A DNA stretch of 64,000 bases from the human T2T-CHM13v2.0 reference genome, Homo sapiens. The DNA is taken from the NCBI RefSeq assembly GCF_009914755.1, contig NC_060928.1. One strand, given 5' to 3'. The notes beneath the pieces were generated by a model. That model made no database searches, was not told the origin of the DNA, and saw only the letters and a program-made list of their open reading frames with translations. The translations under genes and the position numbers were made by a program. Shown piece by piece: positions 1-11,202 of the stretch (position 1 is its first letter; every line of letters starts with the position of its first letter).

Positions 1-1135
1 ACTTGCAAAGATAGTACAGACAGCCCCTGTATACTTTTTATCTGGCTTCCCATGATGTTAATATCTCACATAACCATGTACAGTAACCAAAATTAAGAAA
101 TTAAGATTGGCTCAACAAATACTATTGAATAAATTACAGACTATTGATTTTATCCTGATATTTCCACTAATGTCTTCTGTTCCAGGATTCAAGTCAGGAT
201 ACTGCACTGCATTTAGGTGTCATGCCTCCTTGGTCTCCTTCCATCTACTGCAGTTCATCAGTTTTTCTTTGTTATTCATTACCTTGACACTTTAGGAGAA
301 TAGTGGTTTAGGTGTTTCGTAGAATGTCCTTTAGTTTGGTTTTGTCTAATGTTTTCTCATAATTACTCTGAAGTTATGGATTTGGGGTACTGAATATCAA
401 TATGTGTTATGCTGGTGATGTTGGCCTTGATCACTTGGGTAAGGTAATGTCTGCCAGACCTGTGCACTGTAATGTTACCATTTCCCCTTTCCATACTCTG
501 CCCTTTGGAAGTGAGTTACTAAGTCCAGCCGTTGGAGTTATTAAATCCGATCCATGGATATTAAGCTTCATTTCCTAGAGGGAGGAGTGTTTAAGAATTT
601 GTAGACATGTTAAAACTACCACAATTATCAATAAATATTTGATGGCAGATATTTTGGGGCAATGTGAATATCCTGTTCCCCCTTAAAGTCTTACTCACTA
701 ATTTTAGCATTCATCAGTGGGTCTTGCCTGAAGCAGTTCAACTGTTGTGCTCTAATGGTGATGTTCTATTTTCCACATTCCTTCTCCATCTAGAATTGGA
801 ATTCTTCTGTTAGGAAAAATTGTTGCTTTTTCTTCCTCCCTTCCCCCCCTTTTCTCCCTCCCTCCCTCCTTCCCTCCCTCCCTCCCTCCCCCTCCTTCCT
901 TCCCTCCCTCCCTCCCTTCCTTCCTTTTCTCCCTCCCTCCTTCCCTCCCTTCCTCCCTCCCTCCCTCCCTCCTTCCCTCCCTTCCTCCCTCCTTCCCTCC
1001 CTCCCTTCCTCCCTCCTTCCCTCCCTCCCTTCCTTCCTTCCTTCCCTCCCTCCCTCTTTCTCTTTCCCTCCTTTTTCCCTTCTTTCTGTTCTATATGGAC
1101 TCATGGAGGTTTTTGTATTATACATAGAAATTATA
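1..1135 (-). mobile_element. Old LINE-1 3' region (L1MC4-like), interrupted by a pyrimidine-rich simple repeat
   Basis: Motifs ctggtgatgttggccttgatcacttgggtaaggtaatgtctgccag and tatggactcatgga resemble the antisense L1MC4-type 3' end. Confidence 0.55.
826..1090. repeat. Polypyrimidine/polypurine (CCCT/CCTT)n tract
   Basis: ~260 bp almost entirely C/T; explains the low-complexity ORFs 790..1191 and 820..1167. Confidence 0.97.
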
Positions 1136-1348
1136 GACATCAACACCACTTTTACATATACACATGAATGTATACCTAGACACACATACATATGTAATAT
1201 TGGAGTTCATTTGCTACATATGCATGCATATGTGTATATACATGTTCACACATGTAATATGGAGGCAGATGAATGATAAGCCAACTCCCAGTTATCTATC
1301 ATTATCCACTGTTTTATCCAACATGTTTTTCATCTGAGAATAGCTTCT

Positions 1349-2935
1349 TTTTATATTTTTATTTCAATAGTTTTGGGGGTACAGGTGGTTTTTGGTTACA
1401 TGGATAAGTTCTTTAGTGGTGATTTCTGAGATTTTAATGCACCTGTCACCCAAGCAGTACAGTCTGTACTCAATATATAGTCTTTTATCCCTCAATACCT
1501 CCCAACCTTCCCTCCTGGTTCCCCAAAGTCCACTAAATCATTCTTGTGCCTTTGGTTCTTCATAGCTTAGCTCTGACCTATTATAAGGAAAGTGAGAACA
1601 TATGATATTTGGTTTTCCATTCCTGAGTTATTTCACTTTGAATAATGACCTCCTGCTCCAACCAAGTTGCTGCCAAAAAACATTATTTCATTACTTATTA
1701 TGGCTGAGTAGTATTCCATGGTGTATATATACATTTTCTTTATGCACTCATTGGTTGATGGGCACTTAGTTTGGTTCCATATTTTTGCAGTTGTGAATTG
1801 TGCTGCTATAAACATGCATGCCCATATGTCTTTTTTATATAATGACTTATTTTCCTTTGGGTAGTTACCCAGTAGTGGGATTGCTGGATCAAATGGTAGT
1901 TCCACTTTTAGTTCTTTTAGTAATCTCCACACTGTTTCCCATAATGGTTGTACTAATTTACATTTCCACCAGCAGTGTGAAAGTGTTCCCTTTCACCACA
2001 TCCACACCAACATCTATTATTTTTTGACTTTTTAATTATGGTCATTCTTGCAGGAGTAAGGTGGTATCTCATTGTGGTTTTAATTTGCATTTCCCTGATG
2101 ATTATTAATGTTGAGCACTTTTTCATATATTTGTTGGCCATTTGTGTATCTTCTTTGGAGAATTGTCTATTCATCTCCTTAGCCCACTTTTTGATGGGAT
2201 TTCTTCTTCTTCTCGCTGATTTGAGTACCTTGTAGACTCTGGATATTAGTATTTGGTCAGATGTATATATTGCAAAGATTTTCTCCCGCTCTGTGGGTTG
2301 TCTGTTTACTCTGCTGATTACGTATTTTGCTGTGCAGAAGCTTTAGTTTAATTAAGTCCCGTCTATTTATCTTTGTTTTTATCGTGTTTGCTTTTGGGTT
2401 CTTGGTCATGAAGTCTTTTCCTAAGCCAATATCTAGAAAGGTTTTTCCAATGTTATATTCTAGAATTTTTATGATTTCAGGTCTTGAGTTGATTTTGTAT
2501 AAGGTGACAGATGAAGATCCAGTTTCAGTCTTCTACATGTGGCTTGCCAATTATCCCAGTACCATTGTTGAATAGGGTGTCCTTTCCCCACTTTTGGTTT
2601 TTGTTTGCTTTGTAAAAGATCAGTTGGCTGTAAGCATTTGGCTTTATTTCTGGCTTCTCTATTCTGTTCCATTGTTTTACATGCCTATTTTTATGCCAGT
2701 ACCATGCTGTTTTGGTAGCTATAGTATATTGCAGTATAATTTGAAGTCGGGTAATGTGATGCCTCCAAATTTGTTCTTTTTGCTTAGTCTTACTTTGGCT
2801 ATGTGGGCTCTTTTTTGGTTTCATATAAATTGTAGGTTTGTTTTTTCTAGTTATGTGAGGAATAATGATGGTATTTTGATGGGAATCTCATTTAATCTAT
2901 AGATTGCTTTGGGCAGTATGGTCATTTTCACAATA
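1349..2935 (-). mobile_element. 5'-truncated L1PB (L1PB1-like): 3'UTR plus ORF2 C-terminal remnant
   Basis: Starts tttatttcaatagttttgggggtacaggtggtttttggttacatgg; ORF fragments 1633..1932 and 1953..2174 translate to L1 ORF2 C-terminus ([27 protein letters not shown]). Confidence 0.9.
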
Positions 2936-3649
2936 GTGAAATTTGACTTCTATGTTGTCTTTCATATGACATTTATTTTTATCATTTTTTCTGTTTTTCT
3001 TTACTTGGTTTCAAGCAAGTCATCTTTCATTTCCTTTTATTGTTGTATAATCTCCATTTTATAACTCTTTTTATTTGAACACTTCTTATGCTTCTTTGAC
3101 TCATTACTTGTGTAATATATATGTGCATATAGTCTTCATCTTCATTTTGATTATGTTCTCTCCACTAAAGTTTTTTTTAGTGTCCATGCTTAGGTCACCC
3201 TTCTTTGTATCACTGATATTTGAGGGTAACTGTCTATGTGCTAATGACCTTTTATGGGCACCAATAGTGGTGTGTAGTTGGCAGCAACAACTCAAATCTA
3301 TTGTCTCAAACTCCCTCTCACCGAATTGGTTATTTCGTTTCTCTAGAGTCACATGTTCCTATAGTTTGCACTTTTTACTTCTCCAAAGTTCCTTGAAAAG
3401 CACTTAGTTCACAGGATTTCTGTGATACTGATTTATTACTACCTCCTCCCTGTCTCTTTCAGTTCACCATTCTTCATCTAGCCAGCTAGGTCACAAATAA
3501 TAGAAAAGGAATGTATCAAAGTTTTACTTCAGAAACATATCTTTCAGTGTTCTCCACTGCTAGTATTGCTGTTCCCAAAACCTTCTCCATATGTATCCAA
3601 AGTAGTGTTTCTAAATTTAAATATTACCTGCTTAAAACCCTTACAGGGT

Positions 3650-4110
3650 TCCTTGAAGTCCTCAAGAAATGAGCCATAGAAAAGTATTCAAAGATAAGGT
3701 ATAAATAATTTTAAAAAGTAACATAATTACTATTGAGACATTCCTGGTGACATAATTAAATTTCAAGAGTAAAGAAAAATTTATATGGTCATCTAGACAA
3801 AAAGGGAAGTCAAGAAAGAATTGGGACTCAGATTTGCCTCTGTTATAGCTGCTGCAAAGGACAGCAAAGCAATAGTTACAGGGTTTTAAAGAATAGAGAG
3901 TGACCCCTGTAATTTAATCCAGTTAAGTTGTCCTTCAAGTACAAATGAAATTGACATTCTGAAGCAATAAAGAATTTGTAGACAAAATTCAGCCAACCAA
4001 GGGATACAAATAAAAAGATCAGAGGAATCACAGCAAAAGACTGATGTTGAGTGTTTAAGTGACTCAAATATATGACTAAATTACACAAATGGGAGAATTA
4101 TGGAGATAAG
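3650..4110 (+). mobile_element. Very old L1/HAL1 ORF1-region remnant
   Basis: Weak resemblance (ccagttaagttgtccttcaagtac, cagccaaccaa) to ancient L1 ORF1 C-terminal DNA. Confidence 0.3.
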
Positions 4111-4382
4111 ACAGAATGTAAACGTTACAAACTTTTAAACTGACAGTTAATAAATGACAGTTTGTAATGTAATAAAAATGAGATGGATGAGATGAGAATT
4201 GGAAGTATGAATGTACCAATTTCTTCAACTTTATAGCAGTATCAACAACCACAACTCAAAGTTGAGTAGTATAGTTAAAAATAATTATTCAAGCATCAAA
4301 GTTATCTATTAATCATTTTCCCTTAATAAGAAGGATATCGCAAAAACTACAATCACTTATAGTCAGAAGCTATCTAAAGTTT

Positions 4383-4886
4383 TTCATTAACCATAGTCAT
4401 TATGTTATAACAACAGATCACTTGAACTTATTCCTCCTGTCTAACTTATATATCCTTTGACCAACATCTCCCTAACTCTTCTTTCCCCCATCCATCCCAG
4501 CCTCTGATAACCATCATTCTACTCTATAATTCTATGTGATCAACTTTTTTACATTCTGCATATGAGTGAGATTATGAAGTTATTTGTCTTTCTGTGCCTG
4601 GCTTATTTTCCTTAACATAATGTATTCCAGTTTCATCCATGTTGGGATAAATTGCAGGATCTTCTTTTCTGTGGCTGAATAGTCTTGTATTGTGTGTGTA
4701 TGTGTGTGTGTGCATGTGTGGTTGAATACTAGTCTAGTGTGTGTGTGTGGCTGAGTAGTATTCTTGTGTGTGTGTGTGTCTGAATAGTATTCTAGTGTAT
4801 GTATGTATGTGTTGCTGAATAGTATTCGTGTGTGTCTGTGTGTGTGTGTGTCTCTGAATAGTATTCGTGTGTGTGTGGCTGAATAG

Positions 4887-4917
<31 letters not shown>

Positions 4918-5130
4918 CACATTTTCTATATCCATCCACCCATCCATGGACTCTTAGGTTGATTTCATATCTTGGCTATCGTGAATAATGCTGCAATAAA
5001 TGTGAAAGTGCAGGTCTCTTTGACATGTTGATTTCATTTCCTTTGGATATATACCCACTAGTGGGATTGCTGTATCATATGGTAGTCCCATTTTTAATTT
5101 TTCTGAGGAACTGCCATATTATTTTACATA
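4383..5130 (-). mobile_element. L1MA 3'-end segment, inverted part
   Basis: ttaaccatagtcattatgtt...agatcacttgaacttattcctcctgtctaact is the antisense L1MA 3'UTR; ORF 4580..4939 ends with ORF2 tail WMKLEYIMLRKISQAQKDK. Confidence 0.8.
4671..4917. repeat. Compound tandem repeat: ~7 copies of (g)ctgaatagtattc + (TG)n
   Basis: Core repeats at ~4674, 4721, 4750, 4780, 4814, 4854 and 4878, each followed by a TG run. Confidence 0.9.
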
Positions 5131-5134
5131 ATGA

Positions 5135-5316
5135 CTGTATTCTTAAAAAATGCTTAAAAAGTGGATATTAAGTGTTCTTGCCACAAAAATGATAAATATT
5201 TGAGGTAATTTATATATATGAGGTAATACGCGTTTGTTAATTAGCAAGATTTAACCATTCCACAATAAGTAAAAAATTGTATATGTCAGTTTAAAATTTT
5301 TAATTTGCAAAAAAAT
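5135..5316 (+). mobile_element. L1MA extreme 3' end, sense part, with A-rich tail
   Basis: tgtattcttaaaaaatgcttaaaaagtggatattaagtgttcttgccacaaaaatgata...ttaaccattccacaat matches the L1MA terminus. Confidence 0.75.
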
Positions 5317-5427
5317 AGTTTATCAGTTCCTTGAGTTTTATTTCTTTCTATGCAAGTAACAAAGTTTAATACTTCTTAGTAAAAATAAAATAATATAAAT
5401 TATAAATGTTTTTTAAATGAACTAGTC

Positions 5428-5458
5428 TGTGTGTGTGTGCATGTGTGTGTGTGTGTGT
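5428..5458. repeat. Interrupted (TG)n microsatellite
   Basis: Seen directly. Confidence 0.9.
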
Positions 5459-5856
5459 ATTCATATAAGTCCCCTCACAGATGTCTAAAATGACAGTCAC
5501 TGAATTTTGCTAAAAGATATATGAAGTTGGTCAGATTTGGAAATTATTATTTTGCCCTCAACTCCACACTTCTCTGTATTGCTTGTTTATAACCTTCTTT
5601 TATAATATTTCTCATTTGTAAAATCATTTTTATAAAATGATAGGATCATAATTTTTTAAAAGAAAGAGAAAAAACATTAATAGGTAAGAAAAGAAGAAAT
5701 TAAATTGTCAGAAATATAAAATGCTGTCAATAAATAAATTAATATAATAATCTAAAAATATTCACCATATTTAGTAATAAGGAGGTCATGATGACATGAG
5801 AAAAGTTCCTATGGAAGGGAGGGTGCAAGAACTAACCTGAAATGGACAGAGGAATA

Positions 5857-6435
5857 CAATCCTGTGTCACTTAACAATGGGAATACATACTGAAGAAATG
5901 TGTCCTTAGGTAATTTTGGTTTTGTGCAAACATCATAGAGTGTACGTGCACAAACCTAAATGATACAGCTTACTACACACCTAGGCTACATGGTATATAG
6001 CATATTGCTCCTAGGCTACAAACCTATATGTTACTATACTCAATACTATGGGAAATTATAACACAATGGTATTTTTATCTAAACTTAGAAAAGACACAGT
6101 GAAAATACAGTTTAAAAAATTAAAAGATGATACGCCTGTATAGGGAAACTAACATGAATGAAGTTTGCAGAACTGGAAGTTTCTCTGGATGTGTCAGTGA
6201 GTAAGTGGTGAGTGAATCAAGGCCTAGGACATCATATTACTATAGAATTTATAAGCACTATACCTTTATGATATACTACATTTATTTTTAAAACAAAGTA
6301 ATTACACTATGCCATTATGACGGCTACCATGTCACTAGATGATAGGAATTTTTCAGCTCCATTATAATCTTATGAGACCACTGTCACTTATGTTTTCTGT
6401 CACTGGCTGAAATGTCATTATACAGCACATGACTG
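5857..6435 (-). mobile_element. Tigger3 (Golem/MER7) non-autonomous TcMar DNA transposon, ~580 bp (Tigger3c size)
   Basis: Imperfect terminal inverted repeats caatcctgtgtcacttaac...tatacagcacatgactg, TA on both sides, internal gataggaatttttcagctccattataatcttatgagacc. Confidence 0.85.
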
Positions 6436-7449
6436 TAAATGGAAGATGAGGAACAGAGGTAGTGGTGGAGAGTGTGTTAAACTTTTCACATGTTACACCT
6501 TAAGATGTTAAGTTACACCATATGATCTTAAAGTAATTCATTATCTTAAACTTTTAATTTTCTGAGTAAAAAAAGATACCTGCATTTTTGAACATTTACT
6601 TTTAATAGTGCTACATTAAATACTATTTCAACCTATTCATCCACTGTATTCAATATGTAGTAGAGTTACAATTCTCTTTCAGGAGTCTGTAATTTCCTAG
6701 GCATTGTATTATGCATATTTACAGTAGCACTTGTATCCCTAAGGCAATTATATCATAAACTAATCTTTGTAGTTTTCTCACTGTTTGCTAAAGGCTATTT
6801 CTAATCCTTATCTTCATATTTGGCTATAGTTTTGCCCTTATTTGTCAATCTAGTAACTCTAAGAAAGATTATTAGAGGTTCAATTGTCATGACATTCTGT
6901 TAGTACATATAGCATAGTAAGTAAAATATTTTACTTATTTGTGTCTAGAAGCCTCAAATATTTGTCTAATAATCAGTCCTGGAATATAGCATAATACATA
7001 TTAAGCTTATTGATCTATAGCAGTCTTCTGTTATAGTAAGCCCTTTTTGAAAATTAAAAGAAATATTTTTTTCTATCTTTTCACATCTACATTCATGAAT
7101 TCTAAAATATTTTACCCAAGGACTATGAAATTATATTTAGCAGAGTCATTGTTGATCCAAGCATTTGTGTCTCTACACTGAAGAAACTAGGATAATGTTT
7201 AGAAAAGTTTTACATTAATTTCACACATTTCACAGATTTGCAGGCAAATTAGGAGGTATTATAACATATTAAGTCTTACAAAATTTATCTTATTTTCTGT
7301 AACTCTAATTTTTTACACTTTTTTCTGCCATTTTTAATTTGAATTTTCTGATTTTCTATAAAAGATAAAATCAACACTTCATTCAAGCAATTATCATGTT
7401 TTACTGAGCATTGGGAAAAAATTATATTTTTAAAATATTTGAAGAGTAA

Positions 7450-7505
7450 TGATATGGTTTGGCTTTGTGTCCCCACTCAGATCTCATCTCAAATTGTAAT
7501 CCCCC
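7450..7505 (+). mobile_element. First ~56 bp of an MST/THE1-type MaLR LTR (MSTA-like), abruptly truncated
   Basis: tgatatggtttggctttgtgtccccactcagatctcatctcaaattgtaatccccc. Confidence 0.85.
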
Positions 7506-7640
7506 AATTCAGATCCTGCTCCTGCTTTGTATGAGCTGCAAACCAGGAGCCACTGACTTCACCTCTCGGAGGCTCCAGTTACTCATCTGTAAAGCAGAAG
7601 CAGCAGCATCTACCTCACAGGGTTGTTAAGGGGATCACCA
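7506..7640 (+). mobile_element. MIR SINE fragment
   Basis: Core ...cagttactcatctgtaaag...tacctcacagggttgttaaggggat. Confidence 0.7.
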
Positions 7641-7779
7641 CTTGACACCAAAGGTGAAAACATGGTCTGTGAGTGGCAAAGCCATTTTACAGTCAGCCAG
7701 TTCTGCATTACTGTGATGGGAACACCAGCCCTTCACAAACTGCACTTTCTGCTCAGCATCTAAATAGAAAGTCACCCTG

Positions 7780-8816
7780 TGAACCTACGTGCTGTCTCCT
7801 CTCTCCCCTCATAGTCCCAGCAGAGCTTCCAGGAGGGGGGTCATTGAATCTGGCTGTCTGTATTTCCTCCTCTCCCACTCACCTGGGACTCTCCTCTGGT
7901 TAGGGGCACTGATGGCCCCCACATTGCTGCTGTCTTTATCATCCTTGACTTTGGCTGTATTAGACCAGCTGGCCATGCCCTATGGCCTGAAACTTACCCT
8001 CCTCTGCTCCTTCCAGGTGACATGCTCCTGGTGTCCTCCACTGCTCAGGCCACCCTTTTGCAGCCTCCTTTCTAGGCCCCTCCCTTGTCTCTCTTCTGAT
8101 GCTCCACACTCATGGCTGGGTTCCACGAGGGAGCCCAGGCGATTTCCACTGCTCTATCCCCTCTCCTAAGCACCAGAACTTGCAATCAGCCTGTTCCCAC
8201 CTAGAGACCCCCACTTAGATGTCATCCCCAAGCTCAGCTGTCCATAGCTGGCCGCTCCTCTTATCTGGCCAGTCGTGTCACTTCTCCTGTGTAAGCAGCC
8301 CATGAATCTCATCAGTGATCTGGTGTGAGCTTTGATCACCTACCAAGACCAGTCCCTGATCCTGCTTTTCTCCCTCCATCTCTTGCTTTCTATGTATCTG
8401 AGTCTCAGATGGTGGCTACATAATCTCTCACCTGGAAGTTGCCACCTGCTCTTAGCAACCAAGCTAGGCTTTCTAAAATACAAGTCACTGCTCTGCCTAA
8501 AACTCATCTGGGTTTCCAGTGACCCTCAAGATAAAGTCCAATGTCTTTCCCTTGTGTTCAAAGCACACCCACTTTGGCCCCTGCCTGTGCCTCTAAGCTT
8601 CTCCTTTCCCAGCCTCCTCACCCCTCACACTATCCTTTACTGCTGCCAGACCAGGGCTTTTCCTGATCTTATGCCATTACTTGGCCTGTGGCTTTCCTCT
8701 CAGACCTCACCACCACTGTGACTGTGTATTGATGCGGGTGTAGGTTAGCTCCACAGGGCAGGGGAATCCCAGTGCTCAGCATGGGGCCTGGCACATAGCA
8801 GATACTTAATAAATGA
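7780..8816 (+). mobile_element. LINE-2 3' portion (GC-rich decayed copy)
   Basis: ctttctaaaatacaagtcact...gataaagtcca and terminus cctggcacatagcagatacttaataaatg. Confidence 0.7.
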
Positions 8817-10741
8817 CAATGGTGGTTTTACAACCAATCCCCCAGAAATATAGAAGATTCTCAGAGGCTATTAGGAACATTTCTATGCACACAAACTAGA
8901 AAATCTAGAGGAAATGAATAAATTCCTAGAAACACACAACCTCTCAGGATGTGTAAGGAAGAAACTGATACCCTGAACAGACCCATATTGATTTCTGAAG
9001 TTGATTCAGTAATAACAAAACCTACCAACCAAAAAAGCCCTGAACCACATAATTTCACATCCAGACTCTACCGGATGTGCAAAGAAGAGCTGTTACCAAT
9101 TCTACTGAAACTATTAAAAATAATCAAGGAGGTGGGACTCCTCCCTAACTTAATCTATGAAGCCAGCACCACTCTGATACCAAAATCTGGCAAAGACACA
9201 ACTAAAAATACAAGCCAATATCCCTGATGAACGTAGATGCAAAAACCCTCAACAAAATACTTGCAAACCAAATGCAGCTGCAAATCAAAAGGTTAATTCA
9301 CCACAATCAAGTAGGCTTTATTCCTGGGATACAGGACTGTTCCAACATATGCAAATTAATAATTGCGATTCACCACATAAATAGAATTTTTAAAAAGCCA
9401 TCCGATCATCTCAATAGATGCAGTAAAAGCTTTTTAAATATAAAATCTAGCATCTCTTCATGATAAAAATCCTCAACAAACTAGGCATTGAAGGAACATA
9501 CCTCAAAAGAATAAAAGCCATCTATGACAATCCCACAGCCAACATCATGCTGAATAGGCAAAAGGTGGAAGCATTTTTCTTAAGAACAGAAAGAAGAAAA
9601 GTATTCCCACTCTTATGACTCCCAGTCAACATAGTACTGAAAGTCCTAGCCAGAGCAATTCGGACAAGAGAAATAAATAAAATGCATCTAAATATGAAAA
9701 GAAAAAGTCAGATTATCTCTCTTCACTGATGATATAATTCTATACCTAGAAAACCCTAAAGACTCCTCCAAAAGGCTCCTAGAACTGATAAATAACTTCA
9801 CTAAAGTTTTAGGATTTGAAATCAGTGTACAAAAATCAGTAACATTTTCATACACCAATAATATTCAAGCTGAGACTCAAATAAAGAATGCAATCCCATT
9901 TACAGTAGCCACAAAAAGAAAAAAAGAATATACTTTGGAATACATTGAACCAAGGAGGAAAACAATCTCTACAAGGAGAACTACAAAACACTGCTGAAAG
10001 AAATCGGAGATGATACAAACAAATGGAAAAATACCCCATGCTCATGGATTGAAAGAATCAATACTGTTAAAATGGCTATACTGCCCAAAACAATCTACAG
10101 ATTCAACACTGTTCCTGCCAAACTACCAACATCATTTTTCACAAAACTAAAAAAAAAATGCATCCCAAAGTTCTCATGGAACCAAAAAAGAACCTAAAAA
10201 GCCAAAGCAATTCTATACAAGAAAAACAAAGCCAGAGACATCACACTACCCAACTTCAAGCTGCAATACATTACAGTAACCAAAATACCATGGTACTAAT
10301 ACAAAAACAGACACATAGACTAATAGAACAGAATAAAGAATCCAGCAATAAAGCCACACACCTACAGCCATCTGATTGAAACAAAGTTGACAAAAATAAG
10401 CAAGGGGGAAAAGCTCCCTATTCAATAAACGATGCTGGGATAGCTAGATAGCCACATACAGAAGAATAAAACTGGACTCCTACTTTTCACCATATACAAA
10501 AATTAATTGAATATGGATTAAAGACCTCGAACTATAGAAATCCTAGAACAAAACCTAGGAAAAACCATTGTAGACATCAGCCTTGGCAAAGAGTTTATGA
10601 CTAAGTCCCTAAAAGCAATGGCAACAAAAACAAAATTGATAAGTGGGACCTGATTAAACTAAAGAGCTCCTGCACAGCAAAAGAAACTTCAACAGAGTAA
10701 ACAGACAAACTTCAGAATGGGAGAATATATTGCAAACTATG
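8811..10741 (+). mobile_element. Older primate L1 (L1PA13-L1PB class) ORF2 fragment, lacking both 5' and 3' ends
   Basis: ORFs 8949..9227 and 9227..9463 translate to ORF2 ([22 protein letters not shown]); stops at gcaaactatg where an MLT2A LTR begins. Confidence 0.9.
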
Positions 10742-10779
10742 TGTATTAGTCAGGGCTCTCTAGAGGGATGGAACTAATG

Positions 10780-10827
<48 letters not shown>

Positions 10828-11202
10828 GGGAGTTTATTAAGTATTAATTCACATGATCACAAGTTCCCACAATAGGGCATCTGCAGGCTGAGGAGGAAGG
10901 AGAGCCAGTCCGAGTTGCAGAACTGAAGAACTTGGAGTCCAATGTTCAAGAGCAGCAAGCATCCAGCACAGGAGAAAGATGTAAGCTGGGAGGCTAGGCC
11001 AGTTTCTCTTTTCATATTTTTCTGCCTGCTTATGTTCTACCATGCTGGCAGCTAACTAGAATTGTGCCCACCCAGATTAAGGGTGGGTGTGCCTTTGACT
11101 CAAACGTTAATCTCATTTGGCAACACCCTCACAGACACACCCACGATCAATACTTTGTATCCTTCAATCCAATCAAGTTGACACTCAGTTTTAACAATCA
11201 AA
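10742..11202 (-). mobile_element. MLT2A LTR (3' LTR of HERV-L) containing an internal (TA)n
   Basis: tgtattagtcagggctctctagaggga...caatccaatcaagttgacactcagttttaacaatca matches the antisense MLT2A consensus; abuts HERV-L internal sequence. Confidence 0.9.
10782..10823. repeat. (TA)~21 microsatellite
   Basis: Seen directly. Confidence 0.97.

Noticed and set aside
790-1191. 133-aa G/R/E/K-rich and 115-aa P/S/L-rich ORFs
   Set aside because: Translations of the CCCT/CCTT simple repeat
4671-4917. CRISPR-like repeat-spacer appearance
   Set aside because: The spacers are TG runs, the repeat is an L1 motif, the DNA is primate and there are no cas genes
7673-8721. Cluster of 76-129 aa Leu/Ser/Pro-rich ORFs
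   Set aside because: They lie in pyrimidine-rich decayed L2 and show no recognisable domain
7498-8844. aatccccca at both ~7498 and ~8836 as a target-site duplication
   Set aside because: Each copy is explained by its own element (MST LTR, L1 ORF2) and the LTR does not resume after the second copy
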